DNA from: an uncultured virus (IMG/VR IMGVR_UViG_3300037452_000097)
Taxonomy: Duplodnaviria > Heunggongvirae > Uroviricota > Caudoviricetes
Reading direction: 5' to 3' (one strand)
Length of the DNA stretch: 64,000 nucleotides
IMG/VR virus record: IMGVR_UViG_3300037452_000097
Positions 10,489 to 20,305 of the stretch are shown piece by piece (the first letter of the stretch is position 1; each line of letters begins with the position of its first letter). The notes under the pieces are model-generated. The model was not told where the DNA came from, ran no database searches, and worked only from the letters and a program-made list of their open reading frames with translations. The position numbers and the translations under genes are program-made.

Positions 10489-11946
10489 ATGACCGTTACT
10501 AACGATTTTCAGACATTTGCGACCGGCGCGGGGGCAAATGTTGTGCCCCCGGCGACATGGGCCACAACAACCTCGCGGTTCACCGGATTTCAATCAGGAA
10601 CGGCGTCGTCGGCGTTAGCGAACACCGCTCTCAGGCAGGCGAATTTCGTTACCGCGATGGTCGCGCAATTCATCGCCGATACGCTTGCGCAGAATGTCAC
10701 CGATAACGGCAACCTTGCCACCCTTGAAACACAATTTATCAGCGCAATCCAGCAATCCGTTGGTTCCCCGGCACAGGAGGCTTTTTGGCATTTTGGGCGT
10801 GATACAGGCCCGGTGAATGTCATGCAAGTGGTGGCCGCGCCGATCATCACCGGGTATTTAGACGGAATGATGCTCGCGGTGCTTCCGCATTTCAGCAACA
10901 CGGTATCTAATCCAACACTAAGCGCGAACGGGTTAGCGGCGACCGTAATTGTTCATGCGGACGGGACAGCTCTGAACGTTGGCGATATAGCCATCAACAC
11001 GGCGATCATGTTTCAATATGACGCCACACTTTCGCAATGGAGAATTATTAGCCAGGCCGCCGTTCCGCAATCGGCTCTTGCACATTTCGGGGCCGATGTC
11101 GGAACCGCAAATGCAATGCTTGTTTCGACGGTTAATCCCCCTGTCGCGGCGGTCACGACCGGCATGCAGTTCGCCATAAAAAAGGGCGCGGCAAAAAATA
11201 CCGGGGCGACGTCGCTCAGCATCGCAGGCACCTTGGCGGCATTGACATGGGGGGACGGAACCGCATTCGTCGGCGGCGAATGGCCGGCCAATGCGGACGG
11301 CCAAGTTCTTTATGAAGGAAACTACAAGCTTCTTGCGTCGCCAACTGCGCCCTCTATTTCCAGCACTACAAACCTTCAAGTTTTTACGGCAAGCGGCCCT
11401 TATACGCCAAGCCCCGGCAAGCGTGCTGCATTAATCATTGCAACCGGCGGCGGCGGATCCGCCGGATGCGCCGGTCCAGCTAACAACGCGCAGGGCGGAT
11501 GGGCCGGCGGCACCGCCGTCGCTTATATTAGCTTGGTCGGGGTTACTTCTGTCGTAGTGACGATCGGAGCTGGCGGCGCACAGCAAACGACATCAACAAT
11601 CAATGGCAATGCCGGCGGAACAACAAGTTTCGGGGCATATGCAATAGCTACCGGAGGGCCAGGCGGATGGGGGCCTGCGGGTCCATACCCGTCAGGCCCA
11701 GGAATCGGAACCGTTGGCACGTTGCTGCTTGCGGGGAACCCCGGCGGTGTCCCGACCGGCGGCAATCAGGGCGGCTTCGGCGGGGCCTCCTTCTGGGGCG
11801 GCGGCGGCGCGGTAGGAACGGTCTTTTCCACAGCCGCGCCGGGACAGAACGGCGGCGGCGGCGGCGCGGGCTTGGCACCCGGCGGCCCAGGTAGTCCTGG
11901 CCAGGCGGGCGGAGGCGGGATTGTCTTCATTCTGGAATTGACGTGA
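10489..11946 (+). CDS. tail fibre protein
   Basis: N-term TGFQSGTASSALANTALRQ baseplate-binding region, a duplicated HFGxDxG module and a Gly-rich C-terminal domain. Confidence 0.8.
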   Translation: MTVTNDFQTFATGAGANVVPPATWATTTSRFTGFQSGTASSALANTALRQANFVTAMVAQFIADTLAQNVTDNGNLATLETQFISAIQQSVGSPAQEAFWHFGRDTGPVNVMQVVAAPIITGYLDGMMLAVLPHFSNTVSNPTLSANGLAATVIVHADGTALNVGDIAINTAIMFQYDATLSQWRIISQAAVPQSALAHFGADVGTANAMLVSTVNPPVAAVTTGMQFAIKKGAAKNTGATSLSIAGTLAALTWGDGTAFVGGEWPANADGQVLYEGNYKLLASPTAPSISSTTNLQVFTASGPYTPSPGKRAALIIATGGGGSAGCAGPANNAQGGWAGGTAVAYISLVGVTSVVVTIGAGGAQQTTSTINGNAGGTTSFGAYAIATGGPGGWGPAGPYPSGPGIGTVGTLLLAGNPGGVPTGGNQGGFGGASFWGGGGAVGTVFSTAAPGQNGGGGGAGLAPGGPGSPGQAGGGGIVFILELT

Positions 11947-11947
11947 T

Positions 11948-12295
11948 ATGGATCTCTCTTTTGAGAACAACCAATCGTTTGCGCTCACGCTTAATATCTC
12001 AGAATGGCAACCAATTTACCCTTTATCCATGTGCGTCTTCCATATGCAAGTCAGAACTGCGCCTGGAATTGTGCCGATCATTTATTCATGGTCGTCTAAC
12101 CCAAGCGATAATTGGGGAAACGGAACGATAACATACACAGATGTAACCGGGTTGCTTCAATTCTCGGCCCCCTACGCCGATATGCTTCTTCTTTTGCCGG
12201 GAAATTATGTGTGGGATCTTGCGCTTATATATTCCGGGATCGTTAAGATTTTGACCGGCGGCGCATTCGTGATTACCGGCGGGATTACACGATAA
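11948..12295 (+). CDS. tail-associated adaptor-like protein
   Basis: MQVR...GNYVWDL...GGAFVITGGITR resembles BppU-like adaptors. Confidence 0.55.
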   Translation: MDLSFENNQSFALTLNISEWQPIYPLSMCVFHMQVRTAPGIVPIIYSWSSNPSDNWGNGTITYTDVTGLLQFSAPYADMLLLLPGNYVWDLALIYSGIVKILTGGAFVITGGITR

Positions 12296-12699
12296 TGTGT
12301 GCCGATACGGTTGTCGTCACCTCCCCGGATGTCAATGCCGCCGTTCTATCCCCGACGCTTTCCGATGCAATTGCGGCGGTGCAGTTTTATGCCGCACAAG
12401 TGGCCGCCGCGCAAACCGTTATTTTGGCCGCACAAGGCACCTGCATCAACGCCGAAAATGTCGCACTCGCCGCTTCTTCCAGCGCCACGGCGTCGGCCGC
12501 AGCCGCAGCCGCTTCCGGCGCTGCGGGCGGAATATCCACCACGGTTGCGCTTCTTCCGGCGGGTACCGAGGGATTGTCGGCGTTTGCGACCAACGGCCGG
12601 AAGATCGGGGAAGGCGTGGGGGCCGGTACCGGCGTCAAAGTGTATTGGTCGGCCGGGTTGTGGCGTAGCATTTCAACAGATGCTCAAGTCCATGCATGA
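12295..12699 (+). CDS. short fibre-associated protein
   Basis: Ala-rich coil plus TVALLPAG...AFATNGRK...W fibre-tip-like motif. Confidence 0.55.
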   Translation: MCADTVVVTSPDVNAAVLSPTLSDAIAAVQFYAAQVAAAQTVILAAQGTCINAENVALAASSSATASAAAAAASGAAGGISTTVALLPAGTEGLSAFATNGRKIGEGVGAGTGVKVYWSAGLWRSISTDAQVHA

Positions 12700-12713
12700 A
12701 ATGAGATAACCGC

Positions 12714-13409
12714 ATGGCGGATCGTTTACCCCCTACCAGAGGGCTATCTTTCGGGGGCAAGGTTGCCGTTCAAACGCCGATTCTTAATGCGCCAATACTT
12801 TCGCAATTATCCCTCAGTGCAAACCAAGCCGTAATCGGCAATGTCCAAGGCACCGTAATCGGAACGGTACTTGGGCTCACGAGCGGCTCAACATTGCTCT
12901 TGATAAATTCGGCTTCCGGCGCGGTTCAGCTTGTTTCCGGCGTTCTCCAGGTCGGACCTACCCCGCCGACAAGCATCGGATCATTTAACATCCAGCTTAT
13001 GGAAGTATTGGACGGAGCGGTAAATTCGCCTAATATAACGACGATTTCAGGCGCGGTAATTGATATTAGACCGACGATTAACACGGCGCCGTCGATTCCA
13101 AGTACGCCAATGGTCGGAAGCCCGATAATGGCGATTGATGCAATATGGAATAATACCGTAATAAGTCTCTCATATCAATGGCAATCAGCGGGGATAAACG
13201 CCATTGGTGCCGGGGCCACGACGCTGACTTATACGCCAGTTATTGGTGATCTTGGCAATACTCTGACGATAACTGTCACCGCCGCAAATTCCGGGGGAGC
13301 TGGTATTCCTTCAACAAGTGCACCATCAGCGACGGTTATGCCAGCATCCAGCGATACCCTGAAAATATCCTTGCAAATAGCCGTGTGCTCGTTGCCTCTC
13401 GCCGCCTAA
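12714..13409 (+). CDS. Ig-like domain virion protein
   Basis: NTAPSI...YQWQ...TYTPVIGDLGNTLTITVTAANSGG. Confidence 0.6.
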   Translation: MADRLPPTRGLSFGGKVAVQTPILNAPILSQLSLSANQAVIGNVQGTVIGTVLGLTSGSTLLLINSASGAVQLVSGVLQVGPTPPTSIGSFNIQLMEVLDGAVNSPNITTISGAVIDIRPTINTAPSIPSTPMVGSPIMAIDAIWNNTVISLSYQWQSAGINAIGAGATTLTYTPVIGDLGNTLTITVTAANSGGAGIPSTSAPSATVMPASSDTLKISLQIAVCSLPLAA

Positions 13410-13421
13410 TTGGAATAGTCG

Positions 13422-14351
13422 ATGACGATCACTAATAACCCAAAAGCTTCAGGCTCGGCGTTTACGCTCGACATGGGGCAGGATTCCGCTACCACGAATC
13501 AGGTTCAGAAGGTCGCGCTTACCGAACCGGCCGGCGGCACGTTCATTACCCCGGCGCAAGACGGCACGGACGCGACTGGGGTATCCCCGCCCGCCGGCGC
13601 CTCCGGCATTCGCGGATGGCTTTCGAGCATATGGAATAAATTAAACACTTCGATCGCCGTTACGGGCACTTTCTGGCAAGCAATACAGCCGGTCAGCGGA
13701 ACATTCTGGCAGGCCACGCAGCCTATTTCCGCCGCATCCCTCCCGCTCCCCGCTGGCGCGGGAACCGCCGCCAACCAAGCCAGCCAGCTTACCCAGGAAA
13801 CGGCCTCCGCGACGGCGCTGGGCACGCCGGCCGACGCCGCATGGACATCCGGTGCCGGGTCGGCAATCGCGCTTCTAAAAAAGATTGCGGCGGCTAGCGA
13901 AGGCGCGAGCAGCATGCCGGTGGTGGTGCCGGTCGTCACGTCGAACGGGGCCTATGCAGCCGGGAATGAAATCGGCGGATTGATGACGTTTCCGGTCGGC
14001 GGTAGCGGGACCGGCGGCACGCTTATGTCGATGCGGGTAACATCGCGGACCGCCGCTCTTACGACGCCATTAATGGCATTCGTTTTTACGACAATTCCGG
14101 CCGCTTCCACATGGACCGATAAGACCGCCCCCGCGATTAACACTGCCGATATTGCGTCGATTCTTTGCGCGGTTCCTCTTAGCAATCCGATTGGCGGACT
14201 CGGAACTATGACAATATGGAATGCCGGGAATATCGGAATGCAATTCTTAGCAGCAAATCTCTATGTTGTTATTGTCACGGTATCTGCAATTACGCTGGCT
14301 TCGACTTCCGCTTCCGATTTAACCGTTGAACTTGGCATGGAAGTGGGTTAA
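13422..14351 (+). CDS. fibre-like structural protein
   Basis: GTFWQAIQPVS/GTFWQATQPIS repeats; beta-rich C-terminus. Confidence 0.55.
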   Translation: MTITNNPKASGSAFTLDMGQDSATTNQVQKVALTEPAGGTFITPAQDGTDATGVSPPAGASGIRGWLSSIWNKLNTSIAVTGTFWQAIQPVSGTFWQATQPISAASLPLPAGAGTAANQASQLTQETASATALGTPADAAWTSGAGSAIALLKKIAAASEGASSMPVVVPVVTSNGAYAAGNEIGGLMTFPVGGSGTGGTLMSMRVTSRTAALTTPLMAFVFTTIPAASTWTDKTAPAINTADIASILCAVPLSNPIGGLGTMTIWNAGNIGMQFLAANLYVVIVTVSAITLASTSASDLTVELGMEVG

Positions 14352-14893
14352 TGTCGATGAAACAGTTTTTCATTATTGCCGCCATTTTCTTTGCGACGAG
14401 CGCGCATGCTCAACAAGCCGTCACTATCGAGAAAATTAATCCTTCGGCCGGGTTTGTTCAAGGGTCCGCGCCTGGTTCTCCGGCTCCCCCCAATAGTACG
14501 ATTTCCGTCCAAAACCCGGCGCTCGATCCGTGTCAGACGCAAGCCCATAACTATACCCCAGTCAACATGGTCACGGCGACGACTTTTCAGATAGCTACGC
14601 CAACGGCCTCTAAGAAGAATTATCTCTGCCATTTGTTTTTATATGCTTGGGGGACGGATAACGTCGCGGTGATGGAAGGAAGTTCATCGACCTGTACCGG
14701 GGGCACTGTTGCCGGCGTGATCGGTGGGGCGACGGCAGCGACTGGACTCGCTCTCACAGCAACAAACCCAGGATTCGAGAGTGGAACCGGAGCGAATGCC
14801 ATCGCGGCAAACGGAACAGTAAACCAGAGCATTTGCTTGATTACATCGGCGGCCGTTCAGCTCTCGGGCGTCGCCGTTTGGGTTACGCAATAA
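14351..14893 (+). CDS. signal-peptide protein in the fibre cluster
   Basis: MSMKQFFIIAAIFFATSAHA signal peptide; four Cys. Confidence 0.65.
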   Translation: MSMKQFFIIAAIFFATSAHAQQAVTIEKINPSAGFVQGSAPGSPAPPNSTISVQNPALDPCQTQAHNYTPVNMVTATTFQIATPTASKKNYLCHLFLYAWGTDNVAVMEGSSSTCTGGTVAGVIGGATAATGLALTATNPGFESGTGANAIAANGTVNQSICLITSAAVQLSGVAVWVTQ

Positions 14894-14894
14894 A

Positions 14895-15533
14895 ATGCGT
14901 AAATATTACGCCGCCATCGGCTTTTCTCTCCTACTAGCGTTTCTGGCCGGCGCCCAAGGGGGAACCATTCCCCTGCTTGGGGCGGGCGGCGCGGCGAGCG
15001 GCGGCGGTCCTTTCACCGTAGTTTATTCGGCCACCGATACAAGTGACAGTCCCGGCTGGCAGGGGTTCAACCTTGCCACAGTCATCGGGACTGCAAACCT
15101 GCTCACGGATGCGAGCGCGACGAATATCCGGGTTCAGATGAAGTTCACCGCCGCGAGCGCGGCGGGCACCATTGACGAAGAGTGGGTATGCGAGCAGGGC
15201 ACCGTGACGACAGGCCAGACCGTCATCAATTGTGACGGCAACCAGGTGCAGATGAAGTTTTCCGGCTCCAATTCTTTCACGCTCGCGGGCGGCGCTCAAA
15301 CCGTAGTCTCCGATTTCGTACCCTATACGCAGTACACGACCGCCAAGCCATTTATCATCCGGGCGCACTTCACAAGCGGAGGCAGCATCGGCCTGAGACA
15401 GGTCAACCGCGTCGGTAATGACACGTGGTTTTTGTCCGGAGCCTCTCAGGCCGGAGTGACCGCTCCAACTGGAACCTGGACGGACAATGGTGCCTTTACT
15501 CCGGGCGCGATGGAAATTGACGGGCAACCATGA
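14895..15533 (+). CDS. signal-peptide beta-rich protein
   Basis: MRKYYAAIGFSLLLAFLAGAQG signal peptide. Confidence 0.65.
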   Translation: MRKYYAAIGFSLLLAFLAGAQGGTIPLLGAGGAASGGGPFTVVYSATDTSDSPGWQGFNLATVIGTANLLTDASATNIRVQMKFTAASAAGTIDEEWVCEQGTVTTGQTVINCDGNQVQMKFSGSNSFTLAGGAQTVVSDFVPYTQYTTAKPFIIRAHFTSGGSIGLRQVNRVGNDTWFLSGASQAGVTAPTGTWTDNGAFTPGAMEIDGQP

Positions 15534-18500
15534 TGAAGATAATTGTTGCTCTTATCTTGGTCATGCTTGCTGTCTCGTCGGCATTAGCAAACAGCTTGAT
15601 ATTGACAAAGGGGGCGCCTCCTAGCGGCGTTCCGGTGAACACGTCGCTCCCGACGATCTCCGGCACCGCGCAAGTCGCCCAGACTCTCACCGGCACAACC
15701 GGGGCTTGGACACTCAGCCCGACGAGCTACGCCTATCTTTGGACTCGCGCCGCGCCGACGCCGGACGTTACAAATTTCACCACGCCCTCCGGCAATATTA
15801 TCAACGTTGCGGGGAACCCGTATACAAATCTGAACGCAAATCAAACCTGGTCGATCCAAAATCCGGATACCCAGACCTTGCGATACGAGATCAGGTCCGG
15901 GGACGCGTGGGCGGGGGATATCGCTGGCCGGGACCGATCTTTTTCCGATAGTCCGGGAACTCTGTTTTCCGTAGGCACGGAGGTCAATGTCTCATTCAAC
16001 GTGACCTTCTCGGCCTCGTCGCCGGTTCGGACCGTCTCGACGTTCTTCGACTACGCGCAATTCCACAACAATGACGTGGCGCTCGGCGGCAACACATCGC
16101 CGCCGTTCGAGATGGACCTGCAGCCAAACGACCAGATGAACGTCGCGGTCGGCTGGTTGACAGCAAACGGGGCGCCGTCCGGCCAGACATTCGCATATAG
16201 CACGACGGCCAACGGGATCGGCATATCCTACGGGCTCGCCTATCAAGATCCGTCGAACATTGTTCGAGGACACACCTACGCGTTCCGCATTCAATGTAAG
16301 ATGGACCCAACGGCCGGGTTTCTAAAGGTCTGGCGGGATGGGGTTCAGATAGCCAACGTCAGCGGGCCGCTCGGGTTCGGGTTTCAGACCTATTGGGCAT
16401 TCGGACTTTACCGTCCGACGTCCTCTGATATCCAAATCGCACAATTTCAAAACATGATCGTGAGCCCCGGACCATACTCTCTCGGAACGGCTTCGACCTA
16501 TTCGCCGATAGTCGGGGATATTGGATATGCTCTAACGGATGCCGTGACGGCGAGCAATTCCAGCGGCGCCAGTCTGCCCGCGACCAGCGCCGCGACGAGC
16601 GCGGTCATTGCGGCGGGCTCAACATTCGCTTTGCCGGCCTACAACGACGCCACGGCAAACTGGCAAAAGGCCGGGCTCGTCGCCATCGGGGGGATCCCGA
16701 CCCGCTCGGCGTGCAACGGAACACCGCTAGTCCCGACGGGAGGAGACGATTACACTCTAATTCAGAATGCAATCAACGCCTGCTCTCCGGGGCAGGCCGT
16801 GCAACTCGGGCCCGGAACGTTCTTAATCACGATGTCGGAGTCCCTTCTGATCAGCAAGGGCATTACGCTGCGCGGGAACGCCTGCACCAATGGTTCCTCC
16901 CCGTATTGCCAGACGTATCTGAAGGTCTCCAACGGCATGCTTCCGACGTATGCCGGTGGCGGCCAATGTGGGACAGATCCCGCACATATTGTTGCATGCG
17001 TTTACAATGCCGCGATCCAAATGATCCCCACCGGACGGTTCGAGCAGGCATGGAGCGGGTGTCTCTATTCCGTCAGTGCGACCGGTTGCTCGACGGCGCT
17101 CGACGCCGATGCCGCGCAGGGCGACACAACCGTCCGAGTTCATAGCCTGGCTAACTTCTCGGTCGGAACATGGGTACGCATCGACGAGGCGGCGAATGCC
17201 TCGGTCCAAACCGACCCTTCAAATGCGGGGGGCTGTGTGTTTGCGGCAAGTGACTTCACTGCGTCGTCCGGCTCGCCCGCTACGGGAAAAATTGCCTACG
17301 CCGGCTGCGCGGGGGGCTCGGGCTCGGTAGAGAACGGCGCCGGGTACGGCGCGCTCTATGATCGCGAGACTTCGGAAATCCACCTCGTTTCCGCGGTCGG
17401 CGCCGGCCCATGTCCCGGAGTCAATTGCACGATCACTTTCGATAGCCCGCTAACGATCGCATATCGCCAGAGCGGGAGCCACTTTGCTCAGGTCTATTGG
17501 CCGACGAGGCAAAACGGCACGCCTGTTCCGTTTGTCGCACAGGCCGGCGTCGAAAACATCTCGATATCCGGGGCAACCGATACGCCTATTTACATGGCAT
17601 TCTGCGCCTATTGTTGGATTTCCCATGTAGAGGCGTATAATTGGAGTAGTGGAATCTCCGTCAATAATTCAGTGCGCGGGGAGATAATTAGCAGCTATAT
17701 TCACGACTGCGCCGATTGCGAAAACAATGGCGCGGAATATCCGATTTCTGTAGACGGCGCGACGACGGAATTCCTGGTAGCGGACAATATCATTCACTTT
17801 ACCGGCAAGGGGATGGTCGGGCGCGCGAATGGCGGAGGTAACGTCGTAACCGATAATTACCAGGACGATACATTCTATATGGCGACCGTTCTAGGTAACT
17901 ATTGGGTAGACATGGGAGTTAATGGAAGCCATTACACGGGAAGCCACCACACTCTATTCGAGGGCAATTTTGGCGACAATTGCGACGACGACGAGACTCA
18001 CGGAAACGTCGTCTACCACACTTTTTTCAGGAATTGGTGCACGGGGGTGCGGACGGCTTTCAACGATCCTAGCTTCTCGACTCCCACGTCCGTCACATTC
18101 AACGTATCAGACGAGCTTGTAGACGACGCCAGTAATAGCCCCGTGGTAGGAGGCCGCGGGTTTGCGACCGGAAACGCCTACCCGTACGCGGGCGGCACGG
18201 GGCTGCAACGGGCCGCCGCGATGATGCGCTGGGACTACTGGATGGCGTTTGTGGGCAACGTGCTGGGCAAATCGGGGGTGACAACGGCGGGCAACGGATG
18301 GGCCTACCAGGGGTTTACCGAGAGCGGGCACAAGATCTGGATTATAGGATGGTCCGGGGCCGAGAACCCCTGCGGCGGCGGCGGCGGCACGTGTCCCGAC
18401 ACGCTGCTCAACGGTACGAGCGGGAGCTACTTTCTCCGCCACGGCAACTATGATTATTTCACCACCTCGATCAACGATTGGCAGACCGGCATGTCACACA

Positions 18501-18682
18501 CGCTGCCGAACTCGTTTTATCGCTCGTCCGCGCCCGCGTACTTCTCCGGGGCCTCATGCACTTATCCGTGGCCGTGGGTGACGCCGACTTCCGGGACGCC
18601 GCTACAGACAAACTCGTGCGGCGGGTCCGGCCTCCCGGCAAAAGCGCGATTCGACGCGGGGACGCCGTTTGTGCAGCCGTGA
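15530..18682 (+). CDS. large signal-peptide protein with Ig-like, polysaccharide-lyase-like and beta-helix domains (putative depolymerase/adhesin)
   Basis: MMKIIVALILVMLAVSSALA; LRYEIRSGD...AQFH...GFLKVWRDG...FGLYR; DDYTLIQNAINAC...VQLGPGTF; Cys-rich. Confidence 0.65.
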   Translation: MMKIIVALILVMLAVSSALANSLILTKGAPPSGVPVNTSLPTISGTAQVAQTLTGTTGAWTLSPTSYAYLWTRAAPTPDVTNFTTPSGNIINVAGNPYTNLNANQTWSIQNPDTQTLRYEIRSGDAWAGDIAGRDRSFSDSPGTLFSVGTEVNVSFNVTFSASSPVRTVSTFFDYAQFHNNDVALGGNTSPPFEMDLQPNDQMNVAVGWLTANGAPSGQTFAYSTTANGIGISYGLAYQDPSNIVRGHTYAFRIQCKMDPTAGFLKVWRDGVQIANVSGPLGFGFQTYWAFGLYRPTSSDIQIAQFQNMIVSPGPYSLGTASTYSPIVGDIGYALTDAVTASNSSGASLPATSAATSAVIAAGSTFALPAYNDATANWQKAGLVAIGGIPTRSACNGTPLVPTGGDDYTLIQNAINACSPGQAVQLGPGTFLITMSESLLISKGITLRGNACTNGSSPYCQTYLKVSNGMLPTYAGGGQCGTDPAHIVACVYNAAIQMIPTGRFEQAWSGCLYSVSATGCSTALDADAAQGDTTVRVHSLANFSVGTWVRIDEAANASVQTDPSNAGGCVFAASDFTASSGSPATGKIAYAGCAGGSGSVENGAGYGALYDRETSEIHLVSAVGAGPCPGVNCTITFDSPLTIAYRQSGSHFAQVYWPTRQNGTPVPFVAQAGVENISISGATDTPIYMAFCAYCWISHVEAYNWSSGISVNNSVRGEIISSYIHDCADCENNGAEYPISVDGATTEFLVADNIIHFTGKGMVGRANGGGNVVTDNYQDDTFYMATVLGNYWVDMGVNGSHYTGSHHTLFEGNFGDNCDDDETHGNVVYHTFFRNWCTGVRTAFNDPSFSTPTSVTFNVSDELVDDASNSPVVGGRGFATGNAYPYAGGTGLQRAAAMMRWDYWMAFVGNVLGKSGVTTAGNGWAYQGFTESGHKIWIIGWSGAENPCGGGGGTCPDTLLNGTSGSYFLRHGNYDYFTTSINDWQTGMSHTLPNSFYRSSAPAYFSGASCTYPWPWVTPTSGTPLQTNSCGGSGLPAKARFDAGTPFVQP

Positions 18683-18692
18683 GGCGTGAGGC

Positions 18693-18890
18693 TTATTCGT
18701 CAGCCATGTCGCGAATGTTGAATTTGCGCCCAACCCAATGCGTTTTCTCCCAACGGCGCATATTTTCACGAGCGCACGTATTGCACTTCACGACCTTTCA
18801 GCCGGGGCGTTGAAGATCGAGGAATTCGGAAAGCGGCTTCGCCTCCTTGCATTGCGCGCAATAGCGAAAGCCCGGCGTTTTCTTCGTCAT
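18693..18890 (-). pseudogene. CxxC...CxxC zinc-finger micro-protein with one in-frame TGA (pseudogene or readthrough)
   Basis: Own translation MTKKTPGFRYCAQCKEAKPLSEFLDLQRPG*KVVKCNTCARENMRRWEKTHWVGRKFNIRDMADE*; TGA at 18800-18798. Confidence 0.55.
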
Positions 18891-18912
18891 TGGACTACCT
18901 ATCTTGATAGGC

Positions 18913-19046
18913 GTGAGCGGGCCGGACGCTACCCCGGCTTGTGGTCCGTTACGGCGCTTTCGCTAACCGATACCCTGAACGATGTCGCAGACAGATACCA
19001 CGGAGACTGCCCTAGCCGCGTGTCTGCTTTCCACGCCGCCGCTCAC
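18913..19046 (-). ncRNA. tRNA-like structured RNA element, copy 1
   Basis: GTGAGCGG/CCGCTCAC closing stem, GCGTG-GAAAGCAGA-CACGC hairpin and GCCGG-GGTAGCGT-CCGGC hairpin. Ends are identical to copy 2; upstream TTGCAT-N16-TAGGTT. Confidence 0.65.
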
Positions 19047-19074
19047 CGTCAAAACCTACCAGGAAACCGAGCCG

Positions 19075-19188
19075 ATGCAAAACAAAATTCGCCGATGGTT
19101 CCTTAACGATTTCGGATCGTACCTGGTCAAGGATTGGTGGGCATGGGGCGGGATTCTTCTTGGGCTCCTTCTCGCCAGGGCGATCTAA
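19075..19188 (+). CDS. small membrane peptide upstream of the lysin
   Basis: MQNKIRRWFLNDFGSYLVKDWWAWGGILLGLLLARAI*; stop 3 nt before the lysin start. Confidence 0.45.
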   Translation: MQNKIRRWFLNDFGSYLVKDWWAWGGILLGLLLARAI

Positions 19189-19191
19189 TCG

Positions 19192-20301
19192 ATGACCGTC
19201 CATGTCACGGCGCCGATGCTCGTATCGTTCAATCATTTTATCTCGGTTGGGTTTGTCGAGAATGGAGCGGGAGCGACAGTCGGGAATTTCTGCCAGGAAA
19301 GCGGCGAGTTTCTTATCGCGACGATGTTTCGAGCGCATCCAGACGCTTCAGGCGGCGTGCCAGAGGCCTTGAAATCCGGCGGAATCGCAGAATGGCTAGG
19401 GAGCAGGAAAACGGCATATATCGCCTTTTCCGCCCGAGTCGAAACGCGGCTCGGGTTAACCAAAGGTTCGCTGCTAAATGACTTGGGGACACAGTGCGAT
19501 TTCGTTGTCTATGAGCTGCAAACAAACCCAAAGTACGCGAGGCTCTACCAGCAACTGACGAGCGGCTCAAGGTCAATAGCAAACCTCACGGCCAACTTTT
19601 GCTGGGAATACGAAAATCCGGATCCGGCCGCCGCAAATCTCGACAATCGCATCGCTCATGCTGAGGCCGTCGTGGCAAAGGCAAGAGCGCTTAAAGCCGG
19701 GCAGCCAGTGCCTCAGCAAGCCCCGCCAGTGGTCGTTCCGCAGGTGCCGGTGCCACAAGTGCCGCCCGTCGTCCTCCCCGCTCCAGCGACGCCCGCTGGG
19801 CTTCCGCCGATCTCCGCCTCAAGCGCCGGGCGCAGGACAGCGGTTCTCGACAATCTCGAAGCGATGCGAACCGCGTACCTGAAAGAGCGCGCTTCGATCG
19901 ACGCGGAAATTACGATCATCGAAACGACAATCGCGGATTTCGGAAAGCTCGCGCCGATGATGATACCCGCCGCAGCCCTACCAAAACCGGCCGCCGATCC
20001 GGCGGTCGCCACACCACAAAGGAGTAAGAAAGTGCTTGGACCAAATTGGATCACTTCCGTCTTCGGCACCGGATCTATTGCCGGCGCCGTCGCTACCGTC
20101 GTTTTCGATATCGTCAACAAACAAACGCCAGACGCCGCCTCGATTTCCCTCATTTTCTCGTCGCTCATGGCGGGCTTCGGCCTTATCCAAGCGAAAGACA
20201 AGAATGTGACCGGCGGAACGATCTCCAATGTGACCGGGGCTGTCGGGAAACCCGTATCGCTTGTCGAAATGGAGAACCAGGGCGGCGTGCGCGTTCGGTG
20301 A
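19192..20301 (+). CDS. endolysin (phage tail lysozyme-like domain) fused to a holin-like C-terminal membrane domain
   Basis: GNFCQESG...GIAEW...RK...Q.DF...EL...F..EYE.P motif, a Pro/Val linker, then two hydrophobic helices ending GFGLIQAKD. Confidence 0.7.
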   Translation: MTVHVTAPMLVSFNHFISVGFVENGAGATVGNFCQESGEFLIATMFRAHPDASGGVPEALKSGGIAEWLGSRKTAYIAFSARVETRLGLTKGSLLNDLGTQCDFVVYELQTNPKYARLYQQLTSGSRSIANLTANFCWEYENPDPAAANLDNRIAHAEAVVAKARALKAGQPVPQQAPPVVVPQVPVPQVPPVVLPAPATPAGLPPISASSAGRRTAVLDNLEAMRTAYLKERASIDAEITIIETTIADFGKLAPMMIPAAALPKPAADPAVATPQRSKKVLGPNWITSVFGTGSIAGAVATVVFDIVNKQTPDAASISLIFSSLMAGFGLIQAKDKNVTGGTISNVTGAVGKPVSLVEMENQGGVRVR

Positions 20302-20305
20302 TTTG

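Noticed and set aside
10489..18682. Diversity-generating retroelement or invertible fibre cassette
   Set aside because: No reverse transcriptase or invertase, and no template/variable repeat pair was seen in the window.
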